Position numbers and translations under genes: made by a program. The notes under the pieces are model-generated. The model had not been told where the DNA came from. It was given only the letters and a program-made list of their open reading frames with translations, and did not search any database. A stretch of 64,000 nucleotides of DNA from the human T2T-CHM13v2.0 reference genome, Homo sapiens: the NCBI RefSeq assembly GCF_009914755.1, contig NC_060934.1, one strand, 5' to 3'. Positions 14,139-37,304 of the stretch are shown in pieces; within the stretch, counting starts at the first letter, position 1; each line of letters starts with the position of its first letter.

Positions 14139-15406
14139 CTCTTTATGTATAAAGCAAGATATACATACAGTCCATAACAAATATACAGTGTATTTATGGT
14201 ATTAAAATTTCAGGAGAGAGGAGTGTTTAGGGAAAAGGAGTGACCAAAAAATCTCCTTAGACATGATAGTCAAGAAACACTGAACTAGGATAAGGTACTG
14301 ACAAGGGAGAAAGTCATGGTTAAAGGCATAGTCATAGTTAAAGCGAAAGCAGTAAAAATGTGATATAAAATGGATTTAATGTGAACTTATTTTGCTTAAA
14401 ATGTGTCCTATTAAGGAATACATCATATGAACATTATCCAGAAGTACAAAAATAATGCAGATGTTTTAAGAAATCCAAATACTGAAATAGGATGGTATTC
14501 ACATCTTTTCCTGTCTTACAAAGAATTATTTATATTAAATATTTATTAATCTTTGGACTTTTTTGGTATAATGAGGACAGTGGCTGGAGAGAGGAAAATT
14601 GGAAGAAGCCTAGAGAGGCTACACGATTTATATGAAAAGGGCATAGAGTTACCTCAGGAGGAAGAGAAGAGATCTAGGAGCAATAGGGGCTGGGAAGTAA
14701 CCACAGGTGAGCTCAAATAGCCTGAGATCTTTTAGGAAAAAGAAAGGAGATTCAGTGATACGAGAACTTTGAAGAGAATGGCAAGGAAGTTTTAAAGAAG
14801 GTTTCTTTTCGGTTGACATTATCAGATGTTATAATTGCCTATTTGCCATCTCTTCAAAATAATAGAATTTTGTAGTATTTGCAAAAATTTTGGAGTGTGA
14901 CACTGTTGAAAAACAAACATGAATATGTATTTATTCCATTGTATAAAAGCAATAATTTAGAAATTAAAAGAACGTTGCAGAGATCTCTAAATAGAGCTAA
15001 AGATTTTTTTCTAAAGTAATGTTTTTGTTTTGTTTCTTAGATAAGCTGTTTTTCCCCCAAATAGTAGAAAAAGCCCATGTAACGTGGGCTCATTACTTTG
15101 CAAACCATTTTTTCTAAATACCCCTACCAACAGTTTAAGCAGAGCATTATGCTTGATCTTATATTTTACTAGCCAGCTGTTCTCCATCACTATTTGTCTT
15201 TCTGTTCTCTGCCAGGAAACCTCATTTATATCAGCCTTAAATCCTAATTTACATGCATTCACTATCTTTTTTGTTTAATCTTGGTAAATCAAAAATCAGT
15301 TAATCTGTCCCTGGATAATTGTATCTATTACAACAACTAAGAGGAAATATATTCTTCTGTCTTTGGAGAAATACCAGTTAAGATTACAACATAGCACTGG
15401 GAAGTA

Positions 15407-15900
15407 CAGCTAATCCCCAAACAATGAAGGCATTAGGAGTGTTGACCCCCTCATACAGTCTAAAACTTACATAGAACTTTTGACTCCCCCAAAACTTAAG
15501 TTAAATCCTGTGAAGTCATGCACAACATCTGGACAGTTTTCTCTAACAGGAATTTGTTTTTATCTTGATGGCTTTCATGGGTTTTTCTGTTAACAATAGT
15601 GACATCTTCAGTAATGTAATACCTTCAGATTTTCGTAATGTTGAATCAGGGTTCTCTTCCATAGTGTTGACAGTCCTTTTCATAGAGGACCATGTGTAAT
15701 GATCCTTAAAGGTCCTTATGATCCCTTGATCTCGAGGCTAAATTAGAGACATTGTGTTTGGGGGCATGTAGACCACTTTGATGCTTTCAGGGTTGAACTC
15801 TTGGGGTTCTGCATGGCCAGGGGCATTGTTCAATATCAAAAGAACTTTAAAAGACAGTCCCTTATTGGCAAGGTCCTTCTGACTTAAGGGACAAAGTGTC
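15407..15900 (-). mobile_element. Tigger2/MER8-family (pogo-like) DNA transposon remnant with decayed DDE transposase
   Basis: TA|cagct terminus with MER8-type ttttgactcccccaaaactta. Minus strand translates to FKVLLILNNAPGH...VVYMPPNTMSLI*PRDQGIIRTFKDHY, the pogo/Tigger DDE motif. Confidence 0.8.
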
Positions 15901-18536
15901 TGTCTGAGTCCATTTGTGTTGCTATAAAGGAATATCCGTGGCTGGATAATTTATAAAGAAAAGAGGTTTTATTTGGCTTACAGTTCTGCAAGCTACATGT
16001 TCCATGAAAGGGCCATATATATTCAAAGCCAGAAGGAGTTGAGAAAACAAACGAGGCAGACAAATCCAATTTGTCAGTATTGTATGGTTTATTGAGGGAA
16101 TTTACAGACAGAAGCATGGTCTTGGGTGGCTGCAAGACAGGTAGAGAACTCTGCCCCATAACCCCCCAGACCCAGGGATTATATCTTAGGAAAAAGTATA
16201 GGTGGTCTGGTAAGAATGTATAGGTGGCTACAGGAATTGCAGCGTATGATTTCTGCACCAACAGGGATTGTTTTGGAGGAAACTTGTAACGAATAGGTGT
16301 TTCTACATAAAGAGTAATACATCAACTAAACATTTTGGAGGCATTCCTGGACTCAGGGTTAGCCAGGTGGATTAGCATTTAAAATAAAGTCACTTCTGTC
16401 TCCACACTGTACAAGAAGCATGGCACCAGCATCTGCTTCTGATGAGGGCCTCAGGAAGCTTCCATTCATGGCAGAAAGCAAAGGGGAGCCAGAATGTACA
16501 GATTACATGGCATGAACAAAAACAAGAGAAGGGGGAGGAGGTGCCAGGCTCTTTTTAGCAATCAGTCTGGGGAAACTAATAGGGTGAGAACTAATAGGAC
16601 AATAGGACAGCACCAAGACATGCATGAAGAACATGCTGCCTTGACCCAAGCATCTCCCATTAGGCTCCCACCTCTAACATTAGGGATCAGATTTCAACAT
16701 GAGACTTGGTGGGGGCCAAACAAACCGTATCCAAAGCATAGTATTCTGCCCCTGACCCCCCAATCCCATGTCCTTCTCACATTACAAAATATAATCTTCC
16801 CATCCCCAAAGTCTTAACTTGTTCTAGCATCAATTCAAAAGTCCAAAGCCTCATCTGAGACTCAAGGTAAGTTCCTTACAGCTGTGAGCCTATGAAATGA
16901 AACATATTATTTGCTTCCAAGATACAGTGGTGGTACAGGCACTGAGTAAACATTCCTGTTCCAAAAAGGAGAAATCAAAGAAAGGGGGCAATAGGCCCCG
17001 TGCAAATCTGAACCCCAGCAGGACAGACATTAAACCTTAAAGCTCTAAAATCTACTTTAACTTCACATCCTACAACCTGAACACACTGGTGTAAGGAGTG
17101 GGCTCCAAAGCCTTATGCAGTTCTGTCCCCGCAGCTTTTCTGGGCATGGCTCAAGTGAGCTGCTCTCATGGGTTAGAGTTGAATGCCTGTGACTTTTCCA
17201 GGCTGAGGGTGCGTGCTGTTGATGGTTCTACCATCCAAGGTCTGGAGGGCAGTGGCCATGTTCCCACAACTCCATTAGGAAGTTCCCCAGTGGGGACTCT
17301 GCAGGGGTTCCAACCCCACATTTCTGCTTTGCATTGCCTTAGTAGAGTCTCTGTGGGGACTGCCCCTGTGGCAGGCTTTTACCTGGGCACTCAGGCTTTC
17401 TAATACTCCTCTGAAATCTAAGTGGAAGCTGGCAAGCCATGACTTGCATTCTGTGTGCCTGCAGACTTAACACGGAAGTTACCAAGGCTTATAGCCTACA
17501 TCCTCCAGAGAGGCTGGAGCCAGAAGAGCTGGGATGCAGGGAGCAGCATCCTGAGGCAGGAGCCACACAGCAGCAGCACCTGGGATTGTCCCTCAAACTA
17601 TTCCATCCTCCTAGGCCTCTAGGCCTTTGATAAGAGGGGTAGCCTTGAAGATTTCTGAAATGGCTTCATAGCCTTTTTCTCATTGTTCTGACACCTGGCT
17701 CCCTTTTATCATTGCTAATCTCTCTAGCAAGTGATTGGACTCGGCTAATCCAATATTCTTGGATTCCTCTCCTGAAAATGCCCTTTCCTTCTCTACCACA
17801 CGGCCAGGCTTCAAATTCGCTAAATTTTTATTCTCTGCTTTTAAGTTCTGACTTTAGGTCATTCCTTTGTTCACATATTTGATTGTAGGTTGTTAGAAGC
17901 AGCCACACTTTGTTTTTTTTGGAGACAGGGTCTTGCTCTGTCACCCAGGCTGGAGCAGTGGCAGGATTATGACTCACTGCAGCCTTGATCTCCTGGGATG
18001 AAATGATCCTCCCACCTCAGCCTCCCAGTAGCTGGAACTACAGGCACATACCACCACACCCAGCTAATTAAAGAAAAAAAAATGTAAAGTTGGAGGACTC
18101 ACTGTGTTGCCTAGGCTGGTCTCAAACTCCTGGGCTCAGCCTCCCAAAGTGCTGGGATTACAGGCATGAGCCACCATGCCTGGCCTCACCACTTATTGAA
18201 CGCTTTGCTGCTTAGAAAGGCGTGGCCTTTACTGTCTGTATTTCTGTCAGCACTTTGGCCACAACCGCTCACACAGTCTAATAAATCCCAAACTTTCCCT
18301 TATCTTCCTGTTTTCTTCTGAGCCTTCTAAACTCTTCCAACTTTTGCCCATTACCCAGTTCCAAAGCCACTTCCACATTTTCAAGTATCTTTATAGCAAC
18401 CACCCTCTCCTTGGTACCAGTTGTCTTCCTTAGTTCATTTGTGTTGCTATAAATGCCTGAGGCTTTGTAACTTGAAAAGAAATTTTATTTGGCTCACAGT
18501 TCTGCAGCCTGTACAAGAAGCCTGGTGCCAGTATAT
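15901..18536 (-). mobile_element. MSTB-type MaLR provirus: 3' LTR 15901-16743 (split by a second LTR), internal region 16744-~18425 (contains AluJ ~17908-18185), partial 5' LTR ~18427-18536
   Basis: Two homologous LTR ends (catttgtgttgctataaa...cagttctgca...tacaagaagc), polypurine tract on the minus strand next to 16743, MST/THE1-type internal sequence. Confidence 0.85.
15998..16406 (-). mobile_element. Solo ERVL LTR (LTR47-like) inserted in the MST LTR
   Basis: TG...CA termini; minus strand starts TGTGGAGACAGAAGTGACT; MST sequence resumes directly after it. Confidence 0.7.
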
Positions 18537-18835
18537 CCTAACCACAACATCATTGATTGGACCAATCCAGAAAAAGGGTTCTGATTGTCCAGGCCCTCTT
18601 GTACAGTCAAAAGACTGGCAGCTGGTGTTTATCTTTTCCTTTGAAGGCTCAGGGGTTAGCTGCTATATAGACAAGGGCTGTCCTAATAATAAACCTGACT
18701 GCATTTGCACAAAACAGTAGAGTTAGCTTTTCCCTTTCTGCCTTAAATCTTGATGCTCGATTCTCTTCCTTACTAATGTGTTTTGTGGCATTTTTTCCTT
18801 ACTGATAAATGTGTTTTGTGGCATTTTTTTGTGGC

Positions 18836-19856
<1,021 letters not shown>

Positions 19857-19859
19857 GAA

Positions 19860-21870
<2,011 letters not shown>

Positions 21871-22144
21871 ATTAGAAAACAGTTTTGTAACTAACTCCAA
21901 ATGAAATAAATCAGTCAAAGATTACCAATGCTAAAACCGTTTGGTAAATGTTGAATGGGAGCTGAATATCCACAGTGCCAAAATATCACCCTATAGGTTA
22001 CTTGCTAGTCATAAAAATAGAAAATGTCATAATTGACTATCTGGTTGTTTTCACCTTAACCCAGTAATCAAACTTAACATTACTAGTGGGAAATTATACT
22101 GCTGAAGGACAGAATACAGGTTGGACCACTTGGAAAGCAGCTGA

Positions 22145-22453
<309 letters not shown>

Positions 22454-22518
22454 CATTGAAAACGTTTATGGTTAGCCTTTGATCAAGCAAGAGTGATTTA
22501 CAAACAGCACCAGTTCAT

Positions 22519-22605
22519 AAGGTGGCCAGCCATCCTTGTTTGCTTGGAACTTTTCCGGTTTTTGCATTGGAAGTCCCACATACTGAAAAATTCATCATTG
22601 GTCCC
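22519..22605 (+). mobile_element. MER81-like hAT-Blackjack MITE
   Basis: taaggtggccagccatccttgtttgc...ccggtttttgcattggaagtccc resembles the recalled MER81 consensus. Confidence 0.55.
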
Positions 22606-23592
22606 TGAGCCAGCAAAATTACTTTTGTACCCCTTCTCCAGGTTCTCACCTCCCTGCTCGAATCCTGGAATTAGGGAAGGAGGAATTGAATAACAAGGAA
22701 AAATGATAAAAAGTAATGAGACTTTGTTCCCCAGAAGTAACTGGTCCCTGAGCCAATAAAGGAGAGAAGCTTTTTTTTTTTTTTTTGAAGGAGGGATATT
22801 TTTACTTAATGAAAGCACATGTCATGAAATTTTAAAAGGCAAAAGCATCGCAAGTCATAATGAAATTCTCATTTCCTCCTTCCAAGCTTATTTATTTTCT
22901 AGCAAAATATATTGTTTCAACTCCCAGGCTTAAGGGAAATAATCTTTGATATAAGAAGTTATTGTGGAAAGTCATTAAGCTGTCATGCCCAAACCAAATG
23001 TTCATACCCCACTCCTTATCAAAGAGCACCAGAAAATGCACCCACACAAGATCCCCTGCAAGCAGAGACCATATGCTTTGTTGAAATGGTTGAGCTAAGA
23101 GATCAAAGAAGCTTTAATAGAAAACCAAAGCCATACTCAAACCATCCTGCAGCTAAAACAGAATCTCAGCATGTCAAAGCAGAAAGGAAAATCAGCATGA
23201 AAAGATATTTTATTTAACACTCACAGGACGCTGCCTAGGAACCAGGCACTATTCCAGGCACCGTCCAAGTGTTCACTCATCGAATCCCTGCTGCAAACTG
23301 TGAGGCAGGTGGTATTAGCTCAGTCATCCCCATTTCACAGATGGGGAAACTGAGGGACGGAGCACTTAAGTCCTGTGCACCCAGGTAGCTAGATCCAGAG
23401 TCCACGACATGCATGTGACCACTCTACTACACAGCCATGTGGTTGTGGTCTAGAGGTGTTAACTAACTTGCCAGCGGTTAGCACTGAATGATTGTGTGGG
23501 TTTCATACAGGACTACGACCCATCTTTTAAAAAAGTTCTTGCTAAGAATTACCACAAAAACAAACGTGTATGGCATCTAAAAACTAAAACAG

Positions 23593-24089
<497 letters not shown>

Positions 24090-24328
24090 TAATAAAAATG
24101 TTCCCAAATTGGTTGTGGCAGTGGTTGCACAACTCTGTGAATATGCTAAAAACCATTGACTTGTACACTTCAAGCGGTTGAATTGCATGTAATTTCATCT
24201 TAATAAGGCTGTTTAAAAATGGATGTGAGAAAGAAGTTTCAGATTAGATTAGCCTGGACCTTTTTATACCTGAGAGAGACCAAAAAGCTGTAGGATCTGC
24301 CTTGAGATGTGGTCAAGACAAGGGAAGG

Positions 24329-24929
<601 letters not shown>

Positions 24930-25214
24930 GACAAGGGAAGAGAGTTTCACATGGCACAGTTGAAGACACAGGTGGGAGCAAAATACTATTTCTTATTTGT
25001 TCTCTAGTTTACGTCTTTCAGTAAACTGGCTACACTGGTTTGATTGGATATTTTTTCCCCTACAACCAAGAGTTGTGACGAAAATATTCAATCCACCCAT
25101 TCCTGTGCAGATGAAAAATTTTATCCTTTAAAATCACAATGTTGTGTATTTGGATTGTATTGCTCTGGTTCCTCACAGAATTTTTTTAAAAAATATCAGA
25201 CCACATTGGCATTA

Positions 25215-25554
<340 letters not shown>

Positions 25555-25699
25555 TTAGAAACAGCTGTATAAAATATTTATATAGGTGTGTCATTGGAGC
25601 CCTAGAAGAGAATGTTTTTCTTAAGTGTTAGCCTGAGGAGTAGCTGGGCTTCTGAACAATTGGTTTGTATATGGAATTGTATCATTATAAAGACATTTT

Positions 25700-27015
25700 T
25701 TTTTTTGTCTGCCTAGCTCTTTTCCTTTCTGAAGCTGCCCCTGAATAATGATGCTTTCCTGGTGCGACTGTTAATCACATAGATTTAATTCCCCTGCCCA
25801 TGGGAGGGGAATTGGCTAGCCAGTCAGAATGCCTCATTCCTTTGTTCATATTCATTGGTCCAGAGCTGGGAACACAACACAAACAGGGCTGTTCAGAATC
25901 CTACGAAAGACTTTTCCTGGAGCTGTCAGGAAAGAGACACTCTTTTTGCTAGGATTACTGGTCATGAGGACCATGTAAGTCTAGAGCTTTCGTAGCCATT
26001 TTTACCACCAAGTGGGAAGAGCCTACTTGAGAACGAAACCAACACAGTTGCAAACGTCCTAAGGATGTTGTTTGAGACTCTGAACCCATCTGCGCCTAAA
26101 GCTAGATCATTCATGGACTTTTCTATTAAATTAGCCAATACATTTTCTTTTTCATTTTTTTGTTTATACCAGTTTGATTTGGATCTCTGTCCCTTGCAAC
26201 CAAAAGAAGCCTCACTGATATAGTCTCTGATTAAGTTTCCCTCCTTTCATTGGTACACAGGAAGGAAGCTCAGAGTCAAAATTGCAGCCCACATGTAGCA
26301 AGTGGACAGGATCCTATTGAATGAATTTTGTATAATGGGCTTGTCCCTCGTTTTATCTTCTTTTTTCTATTCTTTTTTTCTTCACTCACATTGTATCTTG
26401 TTATATTTTACATGTTTTTCTAAGCCACTACAAATTCTTTTTACAATATGACAATAAATAGTAGAGATTGTTTCCCACATTGTCCTGAATCTGGACTACA
26501 ATAAAACTAAAGGTTTATTTCTAACGTACATCATTGGTTTCCTGTCCAGACTTCATCTCTCCCTTCTTTTCCAACCCTGGTTTTGTCCTAGAAATCACTC
26601 TTCTTCCATGTAGCCCATGTGCTTTAGGGAAGGCTGACCTTACCACAGCTTCAGGATGGGCCTGATTAATCCAAGAGTAACCTCATCCTTGTAAGGAATT
26701 GATTCAGGAATTTACACCACTGAGATACCAGGAGAAGTTTGCTGGTGGATTCTACTTCTGGGAGACCTACTGAAAATGACCTTTTCCGTCTTTTACTATA
26801 TGTTATGGTGTGTGGGTGTGAGTCCTGAAACTGTTGCAGCCATCTCACCCACCTATTTGAGGATTACGCTGATGGCGAAAGAGAACAAAACAAAGAATGA
26901 GAGGAAGTTGGAGCAGAGCCACTAGAGTAAGTCAAGCCTGAGAACTGGTCTATTTGTGGGTTCTGGTTATTTGAACCAATAAGTATTTTCATTCAAGTCA
27001 CTTCGAGTTGGTTAT
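25700..27015 (+). mobile_element. Two ancient MLT1-type MaLR LTRs (~25700-26220, ~26530-27015)
   Basis: MLT1 3' signatures (agccaatacattttc...ccagtttgatttgg...cttgcaaccaaaaga; gaaccaataag...gagttgg). Confidence 0.6.
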
Positions 27016-27020
27016 ACCCT

Positions 27021-27361
<341 letters not shown>

Positions 27362-28038
27362 TAATTGGAGAATAAGTTCATTTTCCCTCTAGCAGTTGCT
27401 AGTGACCTTTGTTAGTAGGGTTAAGAACCTTCCAAAGCTCTGTTACAGTATGACAGTCATTTGCAAGAGATATCCTATCTTTAGGAAAACTATCTTACTA
27501 GTTAAGTCATTTGGGTTGGCTGAGTTCAATGGCTTTTAAACCACCATACAGCTTACATAAGCCACTCAGAGTTCAGTCGACTTCATAAAGTACTTTGTAC
27601 CTTGAAATTGTTTAGAAGTCAATTATAGTTTCTGTGAAGATAAGGCACCTGTAAATAAGTGATCCTATTTGGAGATCTTTCAACTCATTCACAAGGGTCC
27701 ACTTACAAGATACCGAAGTAATGGCCCTTACCTTCTTTATAGGTCAAAAGAAACAGAATCTCCTTCTCCTGGATACATGATACAACACAGTTGTCTCTCA
27801 TGTCAGAAGTCATGATTACGAGAATAGCACACTTTAGCCCATATCCTTGTACCCAGCACTGTACTCGATGCTCTGTGGATGCAACCTCAATGGTAAAATA
27901 ATTTAAGCTCAAAGTAAGATATTCTTTCAATAAGATGTAGACCTCTTACTGCAAACTCCTTTTGCAAATTACCACTTGGTAATCTCTCTCAAATATGTCC
28001 CAAAACAACAAGTTAAAAAAAAAAACTAGCTGAAAAGC

Positions 28039-30638
<2,600 letters not shown>

Positions 30639-30829
30639 CACAGCTTTGTGTTATCAACAGATTGTTTTGATCAACAGGTTGTGTTGGTGATGCTTTCAGG
30701 GAACTAATATGCTAATATCCTACAACATTCACCATCTTATATTTCTCTTTCTTTCTTTTGAGAGAGAGAGAGAGAGATCGAGAGACAAGGTGTCTTGTAA
30801 GGTCTGGGCTTTCTGAAAAGAAAAAAAAA

Positions 30830-32595
<1,766 letters not shown>

Positions 32596-34296
32596 TAAAA
32601 ATGTTAATATTATTCTTGGGGGGAGAATTTGGGAGTAATTATTTTATTATTTCCTAGTTACAGTTTTTAATTTTTTATAGGAACATGAATTACTAGCTCA
32701 ATTTAAAAAATGTGAAGGGAAAACAATGTTTTTACTGTTCTCACTTAAATTTGGATATGTGTTCCAAGATACTACACAAGAATGAAAATCCTTATTAAAT
32801 CTATCTCTAATGATTAACCAAAAGTGGACCACTCTGCTTATCTTGGACATTGAACTTTTGTAGATTTTTCAAAGTTATTTAAGTGCAAAACTTAATTAGT
32901 TAACATTTGCTTGCTAAATAGAAATGATACAGCATATTTTCTCCTGAATCATGTAGATGAGTCATTCTTTTCTATTGAATTATCTCTGTGCAATCCATGA
33001 TTTACACTGCAGCACACCCACACTGAGTCATTAAGAAGAGATGTTTTGAGACCATTAAGAGGAGATTTGGGATCAATCTTTTTACATAGGACCAGCAGAG
33101 CTAAGTTTAGAATTCAGGTTTCCTGACTCCTTTATTTATGTTTTGCAGTGTTTCATTGTACAGCCTTCCTATCCCTATTAAAAATATCAAGGCATTCGTC
33201 CCATCTTTTGATGCTTTTATGATTCTCAGTGATTCCAGAAGATTACAGATCATGGTTCTGCAATGCTTCTGTCAGTCCTTTTAGAACCCATTTTGGGCTG
33301 CAGGAACTTTCATATTCATTCATTTCATTTTTTACATTCATTAATGTAAAAAAGAAAGGCTCAGAAGCCCCTGCCTTCCCCCACCCCAAGAATAACCACT
33401 ATGAATAGTTTATTTGAATCAACGTTTATATTGTTTGAATCTGTTAAGTGTAAATACATAATTTTTTAAATCAAAATGGAATCACACTATTCTACCACTT
33501 GCTTTTTTAAAATAGACTTTATTTCTTAGAGCAGTTTTAGGTTCACAGCAAAATTGAACAGAAAGTATAGAGACTTCACATAATGCCCTGCCCCCATTAT
33601 GTATGGCCTCCCTCATCATCAGTTTATCACCAGCCCCCACCAGAGTGGTACATTTGTGTCAACTGATGAACCTACATTGACATAACACTATCACACAAAG
33701 CCCATAGTTTACACTAAGGTTCACTATTGGTTTTCTCTATTCTATGAGTTTGGACAAATTTATAATGACATCTATTCACAACTATAGTTATCATACAGAA
33801 TAATTTCACTGCCCTAAAAATGCTCTGAGCTCCACCTATTCATTCCTCCCTCCCTGCTAACCCCTGGCAACCTCTGATCTTTTTACTGTCTCCCTAGTTT
33901 TGACTTTTCCAGAATGCCGTCTAGTTGGAATCATACAGTATGTAGCCTTTTCAGGTTGACTTCTTTCACTTAATAATATGCATGTAAGTTTCCTACACAT
34001 CTTTTCATGGCTCAATAGTTCATTTCTTTTTAGCACTGAATAATATTCCATTGCCTGGTATATTATGACTATTGATGTTTAATATGATGATTGATACAGT
34101 TGGATTATTATCTACCATGTTTGTGGTGACTATTTCTCTTTGTTGTCTTTGTTCTCTTTTCCTATTTTTTCTTCCACTCTTTTTTTCACTTTTGTGGTTT
34201 AGTTGACTGTTTTATATGATTACATTTTCTCTTCTTTCTTAGCATATCAGTTATACTTCCTCTTTTTCTTTTTTACATTTTTAGCAGTTGCCCTAG

Positions 34297-34434
<138 letters not shown>

Positions 34435-34932
34435 TGAGTAGCTGGATTATAGGCATGTGCCGCCACGCCCAGGTAATTTTTGTATTTTTAGTAGAGACGG
34501 GGTTTCACCATGTTGGCCAGGATCGTCTCTAACTCCTGACCTTGTGATTTGCCCACCTCAGCCTCCCAAAGTGCCCAGGATCCCAGCCATAGAGTTTTAA
34601 ATACACATTTACAATGAATCCAAGTCCACTTTCAAAGAACACTATGCACTTTACAGGTAGTGCGAGTACCTTATAATAACAAAATAATCCTAATTCTCCC
34701 TCCCATCCCTTATGTCTTTGCTGTCATTCATTTTTGTTATACATAAGCATTTAAAAATATACACAGAAATATGCATGATTGAATACATTGTTGCTATTAT
34801 TTTGAGTGAACTGCTATTTTTTAGGTCAATTAGAATTAAATAATTTATTTCACCTTATTTCTTCTCCAGTGCTCTTCCTTTCTTTAGGTAAATCCAAATT
34901 TCTGACCTATATCATTTTCCTTCTCTCTTAAG

Positions 34933-35218
34933 CAGGGGTCCCCAGCACCTGGGCCACAAACTGGTACTGGTACAAGGCCTGTTAGGGCTGCACAGCAGGT
35001 GGTGAGCAGCAGGCTTCTTAGCTCCACCTCCTGTCAGATCAGCAGAGGCATGTGATTCTCATAGGAGTGTGAGCCCTATTGTGAAGTGTGCATGTGAGGG
35101 ATCTAGGTTGCACACCCTTATGAGATCTAATGCCTGATGATCTGAGGTGGAACAGTTTCATCCTGAAACCATTCCCCACAAAATTGGTCTCTGGTGCCAA
35201 AAAGGTTGGGGACCACTC
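34933..35218 (+). mobile_element. MER1B (hAT-Charlie MITE)
   Basis: TIRs caggggtcccca / tggggaccactc; 8-bp TSD ctcttaag / ctctatag. Confidence 0.85.
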
Positions 35219-35323
35219 CTCTATAGGAATTCTTTTAACATTTCTTGCAAGGCAGGTCTACTGGCAACAAATTCCCTCAGTCTTTGTTTGTGTGAGAATG
35301 TATTTATGTATTTATTATTATTT

Positions 35324-35339
35324 TATATATATATATAGA

Positions 35340-35402
<63 letters not shown>
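35324..35402. repeat. (TA)n(GA)n compound microsatellite
   Basis: Seen directly. Confidence 0.92.
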
Positions 35403-37006
35403 TGTCTCACTATGCTGCCCAGGCTGGACTCAAACTCTTGGATCAAGCAATCCCTCCACCTCAGCCTCCTGAATAGCTGGGACTATAGGCACGCACCACT
35501 GTGCCTGGCTTCTCTTTACTTTTAAAGAATAATTTTGTGGGTACAGAATGCTGGCTGTTGGTGGCTTTTTTCTCTCACCACTGTAAATATTTCATTCCAT
35601 TCTCTTCTTGCTTGCATGCTTGCTGAGGAAAAGTTGGACATAATTTTCATCTTTTCTCCTCTACAAGTAAGGTCTTTTTCCCCGGGCTTCATTCAGAATT
35701 TTTTATCTTTGATTTCCTGCAACTTATATATGCATGCCTGGTTGTAGGGCTTTTGTTTGTTTGTTTGGCATTTGTTCTACTTGGTGTTCTCTCAACTTCT
35801 GTGATCTGTGATTTGGTGTCTGAAATTAGTATGAGGGAAATTCTCTTTCATTATTGCTTCAAATATTTATTCTGTTCCTTTCTCTGGTTATTCTCTTCCT
35901 GCTATTTCCATTACACATATGTTATACCCTTTGTAGTTGTCCCATAGTTCTTGGAGATTCTGTTTATATAGTCTTACTTATTTTTGCAGTTTTGGCAGTT
36001 ATTTTCAAGTTCAAATATTCTGTTTTCAGCCTTGTTCAGTCTACCAAAAAGCCCATCAAAGGCATTCTTTATTTCTATTACAGTGTTTTTGATCTCTAGT
36101 ATTTATTTCTTTTTAGTTCTTTCTTAGAATTTAAACTCTCTGCTTACATCGACCCATTTGTTCTTGTATGCTGTCTACTTTATCCATTAGAGCCCTTGGC
36201 ATTGTGATCCTAGTTGTTTTAAATTTCTGGTCTGATAATTCCAACATCCCAGTCATATCTGAGTTTGGTTCTGAGGCTTGCTCTCTGTCTCTTTAAAGCC
36301 TTTTTTTTTTTTTTTTTTTTTTTTGCCTTTTAGTATGCCTGGCAATGTTTTCTTCATAGCTGGACAGGATATACGGAGTAAAAGGAAGTGCTGTAACTAG
36401 ACCTTTAGTAGTGTGGTATACAGTGGGGGAGGGGGAGAGGAAGAGTTCTATAGTTCTGTGAAGAGGTCTCAGTCTTTTAGTAAACCTGTGTCTCTAGACT
36501 GAATTTCACAAGTGCTTCTCAGTTCCTATCTGCCCCGATCCCTGTTAGGTGGGACGTGATGGCTAGAGTGGGCTGCAGCTGGGTATTTTCAGTTTTCATG
36601 TGGAAGGCTAGAAGAGACTGGAGTTCTTATTTCCCTTCTCCGGCATCATTTAGGCTCCTATAAATCAAGAGCATTAGGCTCTATTTAAACAGTTTTTCCC
36701 AAGGGCAGACTTTGTTTAGAAGAGAAGAATAGAGTGTCCAGGTATATTTCAAATGGTTACTTTTCCTATCCCCTCTGCCAGGGACATGGAAGCAGGAGGA
36801 GATTTTTCTCTAATAAAAAGAGAACAATATTTGAGAACCTCTTTGAATTCCTATGGGTAAACTCATGAAAGTGTGGAGATCATCCCCTCCTTATGGCTGA
36901 GTCACTCTGGAATTTTTCTCTCTCAAACTTATCTACACTGGGCCTCCGGCAATTCAATTACAGTTCAGGTTTTCCTGCCCTAGCCCTGGTTCCTGCTGAG
37001 ATTTCT

Positions 37007-37304
37007 TTTCTTTTTTCTTTTTTTTTTTTTTTTTTTTTGAGACAGTGTCTCTGTTGCCCAGGCTGGAGTGCAGTGGCGTGATCTCAAGTCACTGCAAGCT
37101 CCGCTTCCCGGGTTCACGCCATTCTCCTGCCTCAGCATCTCCGAGTAGCTGGGACTACAGGCGCCCGGCACCACGCCCGGCCAATTTTTTGTATTTTTAG
37201 TAGAGACAGGGTTTCACTGTGGTCTCGATCTCCTGACCTCGTGATCCGCCCGCCTCGGCCTCCCAAAGTGCTGGGATTACAAGCGTGAGCCACCGCGCCC
37301 GGCC
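37007..37304 (-). mobile_element. AluY of the 12-bp-deletion lineage (AluYd2/Yd3, also called AluYc)
   Basis: Minus strand reads GAGATCGAGACCACAGTGAAACCC (12-bp deletion) and CACGCTTGTAAT; perfect 15-bp TSD cctgctgagatttct. Confidence 0.85.

Noticed and set aside
27600-27930. Minus-strand 75-aa ORF with apparent donor (AAG|gtaagg) and acceptor (tttacag|) sites, suggesting a hidden gene
   Set aside because: TTG start, no recognisable homology, part resembles a decayed MIR/L2 end, and the putative downstream exon has stops in all three frames.
35130-35525. 131-aa ORF with ER repeats (and the KERK-repeat ORF at 52543-52785)
   Set aside because: Translations of microsatellites joined to MER1B/Alu sequence.
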